Counted from the stretch's first letter, positions 45,620 to 56,547 are shown. The stretch: 64,000 bases of DNA from an uncultured Clostridia bacterium (GCA_905235205.1 CAJOKM010000004.1:1879-65878); one strand, 5' to 3'. Made by a program: numbers and translations. Notes: a model not told the origin generated them from the sequence alone.

Positions 45620-46782
45620 AGAAACGCGCCGTCGGAACCAAAGCACCGTACCGTGTCGATGTCGTTACGATCGTTCTGGTAACGGCTTTGGTTCTGTTCG
45701 GCCTTGTGACGATTCTAAACGTATTGTCCGACCCGTTCGACGGCACGGAGACGACGTTTCAGGCGTTCTATGACCGCCTGAACTTTCAGTTCTTTTCCCG
45801 ACAGGCGGCGAACATTCTGATCTCGCTTGCCGTGCTGATCCCGCTTGCGATCATCGACTATGACAAGTATAAACCGTTTGTCAAAGTCGCGTATGTCGTA
45901 TGCCTGATCCTGCTGTTCCTGCTTGTTGTCGCGGGACAGAACACGCGCGGCGCGCTCGGCTGGTTCTGGATCGGCGCGCGCTCGTTCCAGCCCTCGGAGA
46001 TCACCAAGGTTGTGCTGATCATCGCGCTGTCCAAGGCCGCGTCGGAAGCGTACGACCGGCGCGGACCGATCACGGCGTTCCGTGATTTTTCAAAGCTGTT
46101 TCTGATCTTCTTCGTACCGTTTCTGCTCGTCATTTTACAGCGCGATTTCGGCACCGCCATGGTCATTCTGATCATCTTCGGCGGGATTCTGTTTGCCGTG
46201 CGCATTCGCTGGCGGTATGTGTTCGGCGGACTGTTTGCGCTCGGCGTAGGCGGGATCCTAAGCTGGATGCTCGTTCTGACCGAAACGCAGAAGGAGCGCA
46301 TCCGCGTCTTTATCGATCCGACGCGCGATCTCGAGGGCGAGGGCTTGAACGTGCTGCACGCCAAGCAGGTCATCGGCTCCGGCGGATTCTGGGGGAAGGG
46401 CTATTTTTCGAAGGGCACGCTTGTGCAGACCGGATATGTCCCCGAGTGGCATACCGACTTTATCTTTTCCGGCATCGGCGAGGGCGTCGGCTTTTTCGGC
46501 GCGATGCTGCTGATCATCGTATTCTTTGCTCTGCTGTTCCACTGGCTGCATACGGCGCTGGTTGCGCGGGATACGTTCGGTCGCTGCCTTTGCGTCGGGT
46601 GCACCGTCATGATCGCCGCGCACGTCTTTGAAAACGTCGCCATGAACCTCGGCGCGATGCCGGTCACCGGTATTCCGCTGCCGTTTATCAGCTACGGAGG
46701 GTCGAATATTCTCGCGTCGTTTGCCTGCGTCGGCATCGCCATGAGCGTGTACGCGCGCGCGGCGGGGAGGCGGCAGTTATGA
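45616..46782 (+). CDS. FtsW/RodA/SpoVE family peptidoglycan glycosyltransferase
   Basis: SFQPSEITKV, DFGTAMV, HTDFIFSGIGEGVGFFG and GIPLPFISYGGSN. ATGA overlap with pgi. Confidence 0.9.
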   Translation: MKKRAVGTKAPYRVDVVTIVLVTALVLFGLVTILNVLSDPFDGTETTFQAFYDRLNFQFFSRQAANILISLAVLIPLAIIDYDKYKPFVKVAYVVCLILLFLLVVAGQNTRGALGWFWIGARSFQPSEITKVVLIIALSKAASEAYDRRGPITAFRDFSKLFLIFFVPFLLVILQRDFGTAMVILIIFGGILFAVRIRWRYVFGGLFALGVGGILSWMLVLTETQKERIRVFIDPTRDLEGEGLNVLHAKQVIGSGGFWGKGYFSKGTLVQTGYVPEWHTDFIFSGIGEGVGFFGAMLLIIVFFALLFHWLHTALVARDTFGRCLCVGCTVMIAAHVFENVAMNLGAMPVTGIPLPFISYGGSNILASFACVGIAMSVYARAAGRRQL

Positions 46783-47612
46783 CGGTTCGACGGTTGACAC
46801 ACGCGGACCGCGCGCAGGCGGAAGCGATGTGGCGGGAGATCTTCGGCGATTCCGAAGCGTTTACCGCCTGGTATTTTTCGAATCGGTTTTCTCCCGTACA
46901 CTCCTTCGGCGCGTTCGACGGCGTGCGGCTTGTCGCCATGACGCTCGGCAGATCGACCAGGATCCGTGTGGAGGACGGGGTGCACGACGCGCTTTTGATC
47001 TCCGGCGTCTCCACGCTTGCGGGGTATCGCGGCAGAGGCTTGATGCACAAACTTGTCTCGATGCAGACCGAACACGCAAAGAATGCAGGCTTCTCCTGCT
47101 GCTATCTGCATCCGGTGCGCGAATCGCTCTACGCGTCGCTCGGCTTCCGACCCGGCACCGACGCGCTGCGGATCGAGTCGGACGCCGCGCGGACGCACAA
47201 ACCGTTTACGCTGCGCGACGGGGTCGATCTTCAAGCAATGTGCGCGGTATACGATACCCTGCTTTTGACGCATGACGGCATGCAGATGCGCGACGAAGCT
47301 GAGTGGAACGCGGTTTTGAACGACTACGCGACGGACGGCGGAAAAACCGTCGTCGCCTATGCGGAAAACCGTCCCGTCGGATATATCTGCTGCCTTGCGG
47401 ACGGAACGGTTTCGGAACTGTTTGCGCTGTGTCCGAACGCGTACGCGGCGCTCATTGACACGGCGGCGGCGCGGCTGGGACAGTCTTTGAAGGCAACTGT
47501 GCCGACCGACTGCGATCTTATGGGCGAGCGTGTGTACGGCATGCAGTATCTCGTCTTTGACGGTGCGTTTTCACTTCCGCTCAAAAATGGGTTCTGCCGG
47601 CTCGCCTATTGA
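46779..47612 (+). CDS. GNAT family N-acetyltransferase
   Basis: Acetyl-CoA motif GYRGRGLMHKLV and LYASLGF. ATGA overlap with the upstream gene. Confidence 0.75.
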   Translation: MTVRRLTHADRAQAEAMWREIFGDSEAFTAWYFSNRFSPVHSFGAFDGVRLVAMTLGRSTRIRVEDGVHDALLISGVSTLAGYRGRGLMHKLVSMQTEHAKNAGFSCCYLHPVRESLYASLGFRPGTDALRIESDAARTHKPFTLRDGVDLQAMCAVYDTLLLTHDGMQMRDEAEWNAVLNDYATDGGKTVVAYAENRPVGYICCLADGTVSELFALCPNAYAALIDTAAARLGQSLKATVPTDCDLMGERVYGMQYLVFDGAFSLPLKNGFCRLAY

Positions 47613-47676
47613 CCGTCCCTGACATAATCCGTTCTTTGTCCGCATATAGTACGGCAAAGGTTCGGAGGGTATCGGG

Positions 47677-48492
47677 ATGCAAGTGATTGTAATCAATAAA
47701 AAGACGTGGCTTGCCGTGCTGATCTGCGCGGCGCTGCTGATTGTGGGGATCGTTCTGTACTGCACGCTTCGGGAAAAGACGCCCGAAGAGACCGCGCCGA
47801 CGATGGCGGTTGTGGATTCCTATGAGCTGAACGCGATTCCGGTGACGTCGCGGCAGGTGCCGGTGTACAGCGTCAAGCGGACGGATCACGCGATCGCGCT
47901 GACGATCGACGCGGCATGGAGCGCGGATAAAACACAGTTTATCCTCGACACGCTCGACCGCTACGGGATCAAGGCGACGTTCTTCCTGTGCGGCGTGTGG
48001 GTTGACGCCTATCCGGAAATGGTCAAGGAGATCGCCGCGCGCGGACACGAGATCGGGAATCATTCGCTGACGCATCCGCATATGAACCGCATCTCCGCAG
48101 ACGAGATCCGAAAGGAACTGTCGGTCCTCGACGACACGATCGAGTCTTTGACCGGCAAGCGCTGCACGCTGTTTCGCGCGCCGTTCGGCGAGTACAACGA
48201 CACCGTCGTGTCGACCGTGCGCGACATGGGGTATGAGATCGTGCAGTGGAACCTCGACACCGTCGACTGGAAGGAGGGGCGCAGCGCGGATACGATCCTG
48301 AATGCTGTGCTTCCGAAGCTTTCTGACGGCAGCATCATCCTTTCGCACAACAACGGGTTCGAGATCGAAACCTACCTTCCGAAGCTGATCGAAACCGCGC
48401 AGAACAACGGCTTCCGCTTTGTCACCATCTCCGAGCTGCTGCCGGACGGTACGCGACAGGTCGACAACAACGGCGTGTGCACCGGATCGTAG
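47677..48492 (+). CDS. polysaccharide deacetylase (NodB homology domain), membrane anchored
   Basis: N-terminal TM; LTIDAAW, ATFFLCG and HEIGNHSLTHPHM NodB motifs. Confidence 0.88.
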   Translation: MQVIVINKKTWLAVLICAALLIVGIVLYCTLREKTPEETAPTMAVVDSYELNAIPVTSRQVPVYSVKRTDHAIALTIDAAWSADKTQFILDTLDRYGIKATFFLCGVWVDAYPEMVKEIAARGHEIGNHSLTHPHMNRISADEIRKELSVLDDTIESLTGKRCTLFRAPFGEYNDTVVSTVRDMGYEIVQWNLDTVDWKEGRSADTILNAVLPKLSDGSIILSHNNGFEIETYLPKLIETAQNNGFRFVTISELLPDGTRQVDNNGVCTGS

Positions 48493-48500
48493 CTTTGCAC

Positions 48501-48533
48501 AAAAAAGAGCAGCCCTGCGGAGCTGCTCTTTTC
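48501..48533. terminator. bidirectional terminator between the deacetylase and MATE genes
   Basis: An A6 run, AGAGCAGC-CCTGCGGA-GCTGCTCT, then TTTTC. Confidence 0.75.
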
Positions 48534-49925
48534 TCATGCTATTTCAAAGCCGTGGATCCAGTCGGACTTTTTATAGTAGATGAAATAGATCACCGAGCTG
48601 ATAAACCAGGTCAGCGGATAGGCGGCAAAGAGCAGGATGATCTCATGACGGATCGACATGGCGACCGTGATATAAATGATGCGGAACACGCACCACACCG
48701 CAAGCATGATGACCATCGGTACGATCGCCTTGCCTGCGCCGCGGCAGATGCCCGCGATGGAGTGCGAAAACGCCAAGAGGAAGAAAAACAGCGATTCCAC
48801 ACGGCACTGCCGTGCGCCGATTGCGATAATCTCCTGCACCGCCTGCGGGTCCTGGTCGGTGATAAAGGTCGAGATGAAGAATCCGCCGAAAAAGAACAGC
48901 ACGATCCCGACGATCTCCGCCATGGTGATCGACGTGAGGATGCCGAACCGCGCGCCTTCTCTTGCGCGGTCGTACTGTCTCGCGCCGAGGTTCTGACCGA
49001 TGTAGCTTGTCAAAGCCATCGAGAAGCTCATGATCGGCAGGAACACGAAGCCTTCGATGCGCGAATACGCGCCGCACGCCGCCATGGCGAGCGCGCCGAA
49101 GCTGTTGATGTTGGTCTGCACGAGCACGTTCGCCAATCCGATGACGGAGTTCTGCACGCCGGTCGGAAGCCCGTAGCGGACGATCTCCTTGAGGCTCAGC
49201 CGGTCCATGCGCAGTTTCTTCCATTCAAGGCGGTAGACGGTTCCTTTGCGGGTGAGTTGAATGAGGCAGAGAATTGCGCTGACGGTCTGAGATAGGACCG
49301 TCGCGATCGCCGCCCACTCGACGCCGAGCCCAAGCGCCCCGACAAAGAACAGGTCGAGCAGGACGTTCAAAACGGAGGACACGATGAGGTAGTACAGCGG
49401 ACGGCGGCTGTCGCCGACCGCGTTCATGACGCCCTTCATCGAGTTGTACATGACCACGGGAACGGAGCCCAGGAAATAGTAGCGCAGGTACGCGACCGAG
49501 TTCGGCATGACGTTTTCGGGCACGCCCATCCATTTGAGAATCTGCGGCGTCATGACCACGCCGAACACCGAAAGCACGATCCCGCAGATCAGAGAGAACA
49601 CGGTGTTGGTATGGACCGCCTTTGAAACGCGGTCGAGATCGCCCGCGCCGAAATAGCGTGAGATCACCACGCCCGCGCCCATCGACGCGCCGACAAAAAA
49701 GCTGATCAGAAGGTAAATGAGACTCCCCGAGGAATTGACCGCCGCGAGCGCTTCCTTGCCGAGGAAGTTTCCGACGATCCACGAGTCCGCCGTGTTGTAG
49801 AGCTGCTGAAAGAGCTGGCTTAAGAAGATCGGCGTCGCAAAGGAGACGAGCACCTTCCACGGCTTGCCTTCGGTCAGCAGCCGTGCGGATTGCGGATGAT
49901 GGTGGAAGATGGAAGAGAGTTTCAT
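48534..49925 (-). CDS. MATE family efflux transporter
   Basis: 463 aa, 12 TM helices, N-terminal PIFLSQLFQQLYNTADSWIVGNFLG. Confidence 0.9.
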   Translation of the reverse strand: MKLSSIFHHHPQSARLLTEGKPWKVLVSFATPIFLSQLFQQLYNTADSWIVGNFLGKEALAAVNSSGSLIYLLISFFVGASMGAGVVISRYFGAGDLDRVSKAVHTNTVFSLICGIVLSVFGVVMTPQILKWMGVPENVMPNSVAYLRYYFLGSVPVVMYNSMKGVMNAVGDSRRPLYYLIVSSVLNVLLDLFFVGALGLGVEWAAIATVLSQTVSAILCLIQLTRKGTVYRLEWKKLRMDRLSLKEIVRYGLPTGVQNSVIGLANVLVQTNINSFGALAMAACGAYSRIEGFVFLPIMSFSMALTSYIGQNLGARQYDRAREGARFGILTSITMAEIVGIVLFFFGGFFISTFITDQDPQAVQEIIAIGARQCRVESLFFFLLAFSHSIAGICRGAGKAIVPMVIMLAVWCVFRIIYITVAMSIRHEIILLFAAYPLTWFISSVIYFIYYKKSDWIHGFEIA

Positions 49926-50005
49926 ATTTTTGGATTCAAATCATGGATCGGTGAAATCTGCTTACGCAGATGAAATTCGCCCTGCGGACGGAGGAAATCC
50001 GCCAG

Positions 50006-50139
50006 CCGCGCCGCAGGCGCGCAACCGCAAGCGATTGGTAGCGCAGCGGAGGCGTTGAGAGGGCGCTTGCAACCGAGCAGCCGTAGCAAGCGTGATCGCT
50101 TGCGGAAAGGAGGAGCGGCGGAGCAAGGCGCAGCGGCGG
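50006..50139 (-). repeat. tRNA-linked structured repeat, diverged copy C (81-nt hairpin core 50024..50104; small GC hairpin 50006..50020)
   Basis: Same architecture and length as copies A and B, but the closing stem is CCGCAAGCGAT/ATCGCTTGCGG (three compensatory pair changes). Lies 12 nt distal to the tRNA-Ser(GCT) terminator. Confidence 0.8.
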
Positions 50140-50151
50140 ATTGTTTCTGCA

Positions 50152-50192
50152 AGAAAAAAGCCGCCGCGAGCTCAGCGGAGCCCGCGACGACG
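50152..50192 (-). terminator. rho-independent terminator of the tRNA-Ser pair
   Basis: Minus-strand CGTCGTCGCGGGCTCCGCTGAGCTCGCGGCGGC followed by a T6 run. Confidence 0.75.
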
Positions 50193-50285
50193 TGGCGCGG
50201 AAAGTGGGATTTGAACCCACGCACCGGTCATCCCAGTCTACTCCCTTAGCAGGGGAGCCCCTTATAGCCACTTGGGTATTTCCGC
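50193..50285 (-). tRNA. tRNA-Ser (anticodon GCT)
   Basis: Acceptor GCGGAAA/TTTCCGC, anticodon stem CTCCC/GGGAG, loop CTGCTAA, long variable arm, T-arm GTGGG-TTCAAAT-CCCAC, encoded CCA. Confidence 0.9.
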
Positions 50286-50302
50286 GTGCTTTTCGAGAAA
50301 AT

Positions 50303-50389
50303 GGCGGAGATGGTAGGATTTGAACCCACGGATGCTCTCACATCAACGGTTTTCAAGACCGCCTCCTTAAGCCACTCGGACACATCTCC
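50303..50389 (-). tRNA. tRNA-Ser (anticodon TGA)
   Basis: Acceptor GGAGATG/CATCTCC, anticodon loop CTTGAAA, long variable arm, T-loop TTCAAAT, encoded CCA. Confidence 0.9.
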
Positions 50390-50402
50390 TCGCGCAATGC
50401 GC

Positions 50403-50431
50403 ATTATAACAAATCGGCGTGCGAATGTCAA
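50403..50431 (-). promoter_or_regulatory. consensus sigma-A promoter for the tRNA-Ser pair
   Basis: Minus-strand TTGACA (50431-50426), 17-nt spacer, TATAAT (50408-50403). Confidence 0.7.
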
Positions 50432-50484
50432 TCTTTATTTGAACCGTATTTTCGGCAGGAAAACCGAATCCGGACAGAATCCGC

Positions 50485-50512
50485 TTGATTTATGACGGCT
50501 TGTTTTGTATAA
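50485..50512 (+). promoter_or_regulatory. sigma-A type promoter for queA-tgt-tsaEB-rimI
   Basis: TTGATT (50485-50490), 16-nt spacer, TATAAT (50507-50512). Confidence 0.6.
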
Positions 50513-50543
50513 TGAATTGATTTTACAGAGTTGAGGCATCCGA

Positions 50544-52694
<2,151 letters not shown>

Positions 52695-52695
<1 letters not shown>

Positions 52696-53153
52696 TGCCG
52701 ATCAAACGAACCGTTGAAACCGAAGAACAGATGCTTGCGCTCGGAAAGCGTGTTGCGGACCTGCTCGAAAAGACCGGGTTTATCGCGCTGTACGGAAACC
52801 TCGGCGCGGGCAAAACGGTGTTTGCGCGCGGCGTTGCGAGCGCGTTCGGCGTCTCTCACGTGCAGAGTCCGACGTTTACGATCGTATGCGAATACCCGAC
52901 AAAGCCGCATCTCTGTCACTTTGACGCATACCGGCTGTCCGACGCCGACGAGCTCTATGCGATCGGGTTCGAAGACTACCTAAAGGATGACGCGATGCTT
53001 TTGATGGAGTGGGCGAACCTTGTTTCGTCCGCGCTTCCGAAGGATCGTCTGGACGTGACGGTAACGGGGTCCGGCATGGATGTGCGCACGGTGGAACTGA
53101 CGCCGCGAGGCCCGCGGTATGAGGAGATATTTCATGAAGATTCTTGCGTTTGA
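52695..53153 (+). CDS. tsaE: tRNA t6A37 biosynthesis ATPase TsaE
   Basis: LYGNLGAGKTVFARG, SPTFTIV, HFDAYRL. Confidence 0.9.
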
Positions 53154-53721
53154 AACAACCGACGCGGTCGCGTCCGTCGCGCTGTATCTGGACGGCGCGA
53201 TCGACTGCACCGTGATCGAAACGGATCGCAGACACGCCGAATCCGTTCTGCCTGCGGCGGAGGCGCTGCTGTCCGGACACGGACTTACCACCGCCGATAT
53301 GGATCTGTTTGCGGCGGACGCGGGGCCCGGCTCGTTCACCGGCGTGCGGATCGGCGTATGCATGGCAAACGCGCTCGGCGCGGCGCATGGGAAACCGGTC
53401 GTCGCGGTCAATGCGCTTGAAACGCTCGCGTACCCGTACCGGGAGGAAACGGTCTGCGCGCTGATCGACGCGCGTAACGGAAACGCTTATGGCGCGGTCT
53501 ACGAGAACGGCGCGGTCCGAATTGCCCCGTGCGCGTGCGTGATCGACGATTTTACGGCGAATTTGGACACGGACTGCCGGATGGTCGGCACGGCGACAAA
53601 CGACCCGAAATTGCCCTCTGCGGCGGACGTTGCAAGGATCGCCGCAAACCGGACGGGGGAGAAGGAGATCGCTCCGCTGTATCTGAAGCTTTCGCAGGCG
53701 GAACGGATGTGGAACAAATGA
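53134..53721 (+). CDS. tsaB: tRNA t6A37 biosynthesis protein TsaB
   Basis: Start MKILAFETTD inside ORF 53119..53721; GPGSFTGVRIGV. Confidence 0.88.
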   Translation: MKILAFETTDAVASVALYLDGAIDCTVIETDRRHAESVLPAAEALLSGHGLTTADMDLFAADAGPGSFTGVRIGVCMANALGAAHGKPVVAVNALETLAYPYREETVCALIDARNGNAYGAVYENGAVRIAPCACVIDDFTANLDTDCRMVGTATNDPKLPSAADVARIAANRTGEKEIAPLYLKLSQAERMWNK

Positions 53722-54242
53722 CGACCGTCCGACCGATGACAAAAGCCGATATCGACGCGGTCTATACCGTTGAAGCGCAGTCGTTCCGTTCGCCGTGGTC
53801 CAAGCACTCGCTGCTCGGCGAGCTCAAAAACAAGGTCGCGCATTACGCGGTCATGGAGCTTGACGGCGACGTGATCGGCTACTGCGGCATGTGGGTGCTG
53901 TTCGACGAAGCGCATATCACCAATATCGCGATCCTGCCCGCGCATCGCGGAAACGGATACGGCAAACAGCTTCTGCACGCGTCCATGCGTGTGGCGGCGT
54001 CGTTCGGCGCGGAAATGATGACGCTCGAGGTGCGCGAAACAAACACGGTCGCGCAGCGCATGTACGGCGAGATGGACTTTTCGGAGCAGGGATTCCGCAA
54101 GCGCTACTATACCGACACCGGCGAGGGCGCGAAGCTGATGTGGAACCGGAACATTGTGAAAACGGTCGAAAATAATACTTGCCTTGCGGAAACTTATCTG
54201 TTAGAATCGGAAGCGTTCAAAAAAGGAGAGAGGGAAGCATGA
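53718..54242 (+). CDS. rimI: ribosomal protein S18-alanine N-acetyltransferase
   Basis: Start [13 protein letters not shown] inside ORF 53529..54242. [17 protein letters not shown], and tsaE-tsaB-rimI order. Confidence 0.85.
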   Translation: MTTVRPMTKADIDAVYTVEAQSFRSPWSKHSLLGELKNKVAHYAVMELDGDVIGYCGMWVLFDEAHITNIAILPAHRGNGYGKQLLHASMRVAASFGAEMMTLEVRETNTVAQRMYGEMDFSEQGFRKRYYTDTGEGAKLMWNRNIVKTVENNTCLAETYLLESEAFKKGEREA

Positions 54243-54739
54243 GTTTATACGAAACATGGCAGCAGGTTGCGCAGTCGCCTGAGACGCAGGAAGCGTACAA
54301 CGCGTTCTGGAGCACCTATTTTGAAGCGGAGAAGCAGAACTACAAGAAGATTTTAGCGAATCACGAGACGGTCTTTTCGGGCAAGCTTAAAGAGGTCGCA
54401 AAGCAGTTCGATATGGATCCGGTGACGTTTACCGGATTTCTGGACGGCGCAAACTCGAGCCTAAAAGACGGCGAGCTCGATCTGAACGCGCTGACCGAGG
54501 AGAGCGAGATCGCGCTGAAGTTCGATTTCGACCGGCTGTATATCAATATGCACAACGCGAAGGCGGACTGGCTTTTTAACCTGCCGGAATGGGAAACCGT
54601 GCGCACGGCGGAGCAGCGTAAAGAACTGACCAGGCAGTACCGCGCGGAAAAGATTTTCGTCGCGCCGCCTTCGGTCGGCAGGAACGATCCGTGCCCGTGC
54701 GGAAGCGGCAAAAAGTATAAAAAGTGCTGCGGCAGATGA
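54239..54739 (+). CDS. SEC-C metal-binding motif protein
   Basis: Start MSLYETWQQ (ATGA overlap with rimI); C-terminal [19 protein letters not shown]. Confidence 0.75.
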   Translation: MSLYETWQQVAQSPETQEAYNAFWSTYFEAEKQNYKKILANHETVFSGKLKEVAKQFDMDPVTFTGFLDGANSSLKDGELDLNALTEESEIALKFDFDRLYINMHNAKADWLFNLPEWETVRTAEQRKELTRQYRAEKIFVAPPSVGRNDPCPCGSGKKYKKCCGR

Positions 54740-54756
54740 TTTGCCGAAAAAATGGA

Positions 54757-54785
54757 TTGACAGAACCGGATTCGTCTGTTAAAAT
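54757..54785 (+). promoter_or_regulatory. sigma-A type promoter of the six-tRNA operon
   Basis: TTGACA (54757-54762), 17-nt spacer, TAAAAT (54780-54785). Confidence 0.7.
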
Positions 54786-54804
54786 ACGAATTCGGAACTG
54801 CGAT

Positions 54805-54881
54805 GCGTCTGTAGCTCAGCAGGATAGAGCAACGGCCTTCTAAGCCGTAGGTCCCGGGTTCGAATCCCTGCAGGCGCGCCA
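54805..54881 (+). tRNA. tRNA-Arg (anticodon TCT)
   Basis: Anticodon stem ACGGC/GCCGT, loop CTTCTAA, T-loop GGTTCGAATCC, encoded CCA. Confidence 0.9.
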
Positions 54882-54935
54882 ACGGCGCATCCCCGAGGGA
54901 AGCCCCGGGGATGCGCATCCTCACAAACGGCACGT

Positions 54936-55013
54936 GGTGGATATAGTTCAGTTGGTTAGAATGCCAGATTGTGGCTCTGGAGGTCGTGGGTTCGAGTCCC
55001 ACTATCCACCCCA
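54936..55013 (+). tRNA. tRNA-His (anticodon GTG) with encoded G-1
   Basis: An extra 5' G pairs with C73. Acceptor GTGGATA/TATCCAC, anticodon loop TTGTGGC, encoded CCA. Confidence 0.9.
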
Positions 55014-55051
55014 TTGTCCGGGGCCGGTCAATGCCGGCTCCGGCGCATCGC

Positions 55052-55126
55052 TGGGGTGTAGCCAAGCGGTAAGGCAACGGACTTTGACTCCGTCATTCGT
55101 GCGTTCAAATCGCGCCACCCCAGCCA
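55052..55126 (+). tRNA. tRNA-Gln (anticodon TTG)
   Basis: Acceptor TGGGGTG/CACCCCA, anticodon stem ACGGA/TCCGT, loop CTTTGAC, encoded CCA. Confidence 0.9.
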
Positions 55127-55129
55127 TAT

Positions 55130-55205
55130 GACCCGTTAGCTCAGTCGGTAGAGCACTTGACTTTTAATCAAGGTGTCCGGGGTTCGAATCCCCGACGGGT
55201 CACCA
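55130..55205 (+). tRNA. tRNA-Lys (anticodon TTT)
   Basis: Acceptor GACCCGT/ACGGGTC, anticodon stem CTTGA/TCAAG, loop CTTTTAA, encoded CCA. Confidence 0.9.
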
Positions 55206-55213
55206 CATTCCGG

Positions 55214-55297
55214 GCGGACGTGGCGGAATTGGCAGACGCGCCGGATTTAGGTTCCGGTGCCATAGGCGTATGAGTTCAAGTCTCTTCGTCCGCACCA
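55214..55297 (+). tRNA. tRNA-Leu (anticodon TAG)
   Basis: Acceptor GCGGACG/CGTCCGC, anticodon stem CCGGA/TCCGG, loop TTTAGGT, long variable arm, encoded CCA. Confidence 0.9.
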
Positions 55298-55300
55298 TAT

Positions 55301-55374
55301 GCAGGTATAGTGTAGCGGTAACACATTAGCCTTCCAAGCTGAGATCACGGGTTCGAGTCCCGTTACCTGCTCCA
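55301..55374 (+). tRNA. tRNA-Gly (anticodon TCC)
   Basis: Acceptor GCAGGTA/TACCTGC, anticodon loop CTTCCAA, T-loop GGTTCGAGTCC, encoded CCA. Confidence 0.9.
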
Positions 55375-55413
55375 CGTCGCCGCAAGCTTCACTGAGCTTG
55401 CGGCGACTTTTTT
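55375..55413 (+). terminator. rho-independent terminator of the tRNA operon
   Basis: CGTCGCCGCAAGCT-TCACTG-AGCTTGCGGCGAC followed by a T6 run; begins right after CCA. Confidence 0.8.
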
Positions 55414-55436
55414 ATTTCATAAACAAGTCACCGCTG

Positions 55437-55562
55437 CGCCTTGTTCCGCTGCGGCTCCTCTCCGCAAAAGGTCACGCTCGGATTTTCTGTTCGGTTGTAA
55501 ACGCCCTCACAACGAAAATCTCTCGCTACCAACCTTTTGCGGGTTTCCGCGCCTGCGGCGCG
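55437..55562 (+). repeat. tRNA-linked structured repeat, copy B (81-nt hairpin core 55462..55542; small GC hairpin 55548..55562)
   Basis: Reverse complement of copy A with only a few mismatches. Closing stem CCGCAAAAGGT/ACCTTTTGCGG. Lies 23 nt after the tRNA operon terminator. Confidence 0.85.
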
Positions 55563-55611
55563 TCTGTATGAGGCTTCCCCTTGAGGGGAAGCTCCGCGAA
55601 GCGGTGATGAG

Positions 55612-55682
55612 GTGTTGCAAACGCGCTCACAACGGCTCGCTCTCGCTACCAACCTTTTGCGGGTTTCCGCGTCTAATGCGCG
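55612..55682 (+). repeat. partial (3' half) copy of the tRNA-linked repeat
   Basis: GGTGTTGCAAACGCGCTCACAACGGCTCGCTCTCGCTACCAACCTTTTGCGGGTTTCCGCG matches the distal half of copy B. It is preceded by the perfect hairpin GCTTCCCC-TTGA-GGGGAAGC (55573-55592). Confidence 0.75.
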
Positions 55683-55689
55683 TTCAATA

Positions 55690-55725
55690 AAAGAAAAGAT
55701 CCGGTTTCAAGCCGGATCCTGTGTT
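55690..55725 (-). terminator. terminator of the MBL-fold gene
   Basis: Minus-strand GGATCCGGCTTGAAACCGGATC followed by TTTTCTTTTATT. Confidence 0.65.
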
Positions 55726-56547
55726 TTATTCGTTCACGGTGATTGTGCCTTCGGCGACAGTCACATGTACGTCGCCGTTTTTCGTTTGCAGGATGACGGG
55801 CTCGAACAGATCGAGCGTTTGCATCGTCTTCTCCTCGGCGGGGTTCTTCGCGGAATCGCAGATCACGACGTATTGCGGCAGCGCAACGGCGAGCAGTTCA
55901 AACAGATTCGCGTCGTACACGCCGTGGTGCGGCAGCTTCAGAATATCGCAGGTCAGGTTTTTTCCGGAAAAGACCAGCGCCTTCAATTCATCTTTTTCGG
56001 CGTCGCCCATGAAAAGCAGCGTTTTTCCGCCGTACAGGATCTTTGTGATCAGCGACTGCTCGTTGTCGCTCTTGCCGTCGAACGCGACGGGAGAGACCCA
56101 CACGGACAGATCCATCGCGCCGAACGACATCGTTTCGTCCTCGGTCTGCCTTGTGACCGGGACGTTCGCAGCGTCGATCTCTTCCAGAAGCTCGGTGCGC
56201 TGCTTGGATTCCTTTTCATAGGCCGGCATGATGATGCGCGCGATCGGAAGCGAGCGGATCAGCGCGTCCGCGCCGCCGATGTGATCCTTGTCAAAATGCG
56301 TGAGAATCAGAAGGTCCAGCTTTTCGACGCCGAGCGCGCGAAGGGCTTCGACCAGCTCGTCGCCGTCGCCGTTTTCTCCGGTGTCGATCATAACGGCAGC
56401 GTCGCTCGTGCGGATCAGAAGCGCGTCCGCCTTGCCGACCGAAAAGGCGTACAGTTCCAGTTTATCCGCCGTATCCGAATCCGCCGGATGGCATGCGCAG
56501 CCCGCAAGCAGAAGCAGGGCAATCAGGATGAGAATCAATCGTTTCAT
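55726..56547 (-). CDS. MBL-fold metallo-hydrolase lipoprotein (ComEC C-terminal domain-like)
   Basis: Start MKRLILILIALLLLAGC (lipobox) inside ORF 55726..56679. LILTHFDKDHIGG and LKLPHHG metal motifs. Confidence 0.8.
   Translation of the reverse strand: MKRLILILIALLLLAGCACHPADSDTADKLELYAFSVGKADALLIRTSDAAVMIDTGENGDGDELVEALRALGVEKLDLLILTHFDKDHIGGADALIRSLPIARIIMPAYEKESKQRTELLEEIDAANVPVTRQTEDETMSFGAMDLSVWVSPVAFDGKSDNEQSLITKILYGGKTLLFMGDAEKDELKALVFSGKNLTCDILKLPHHGVYDANLFELLAVALPQYVVICDSAKNPAEEKTMQTLDLFEPVILQTKNGDVHVTVAEGTITVNE

Noticed and set aside
54361-55077. A 238-aa minus-strand ORF across the tRNA-Arg/His genes.
   Set aside because: It is antisense to the SEC-C gene and to tRNA genes, with no RBS and biased composition.
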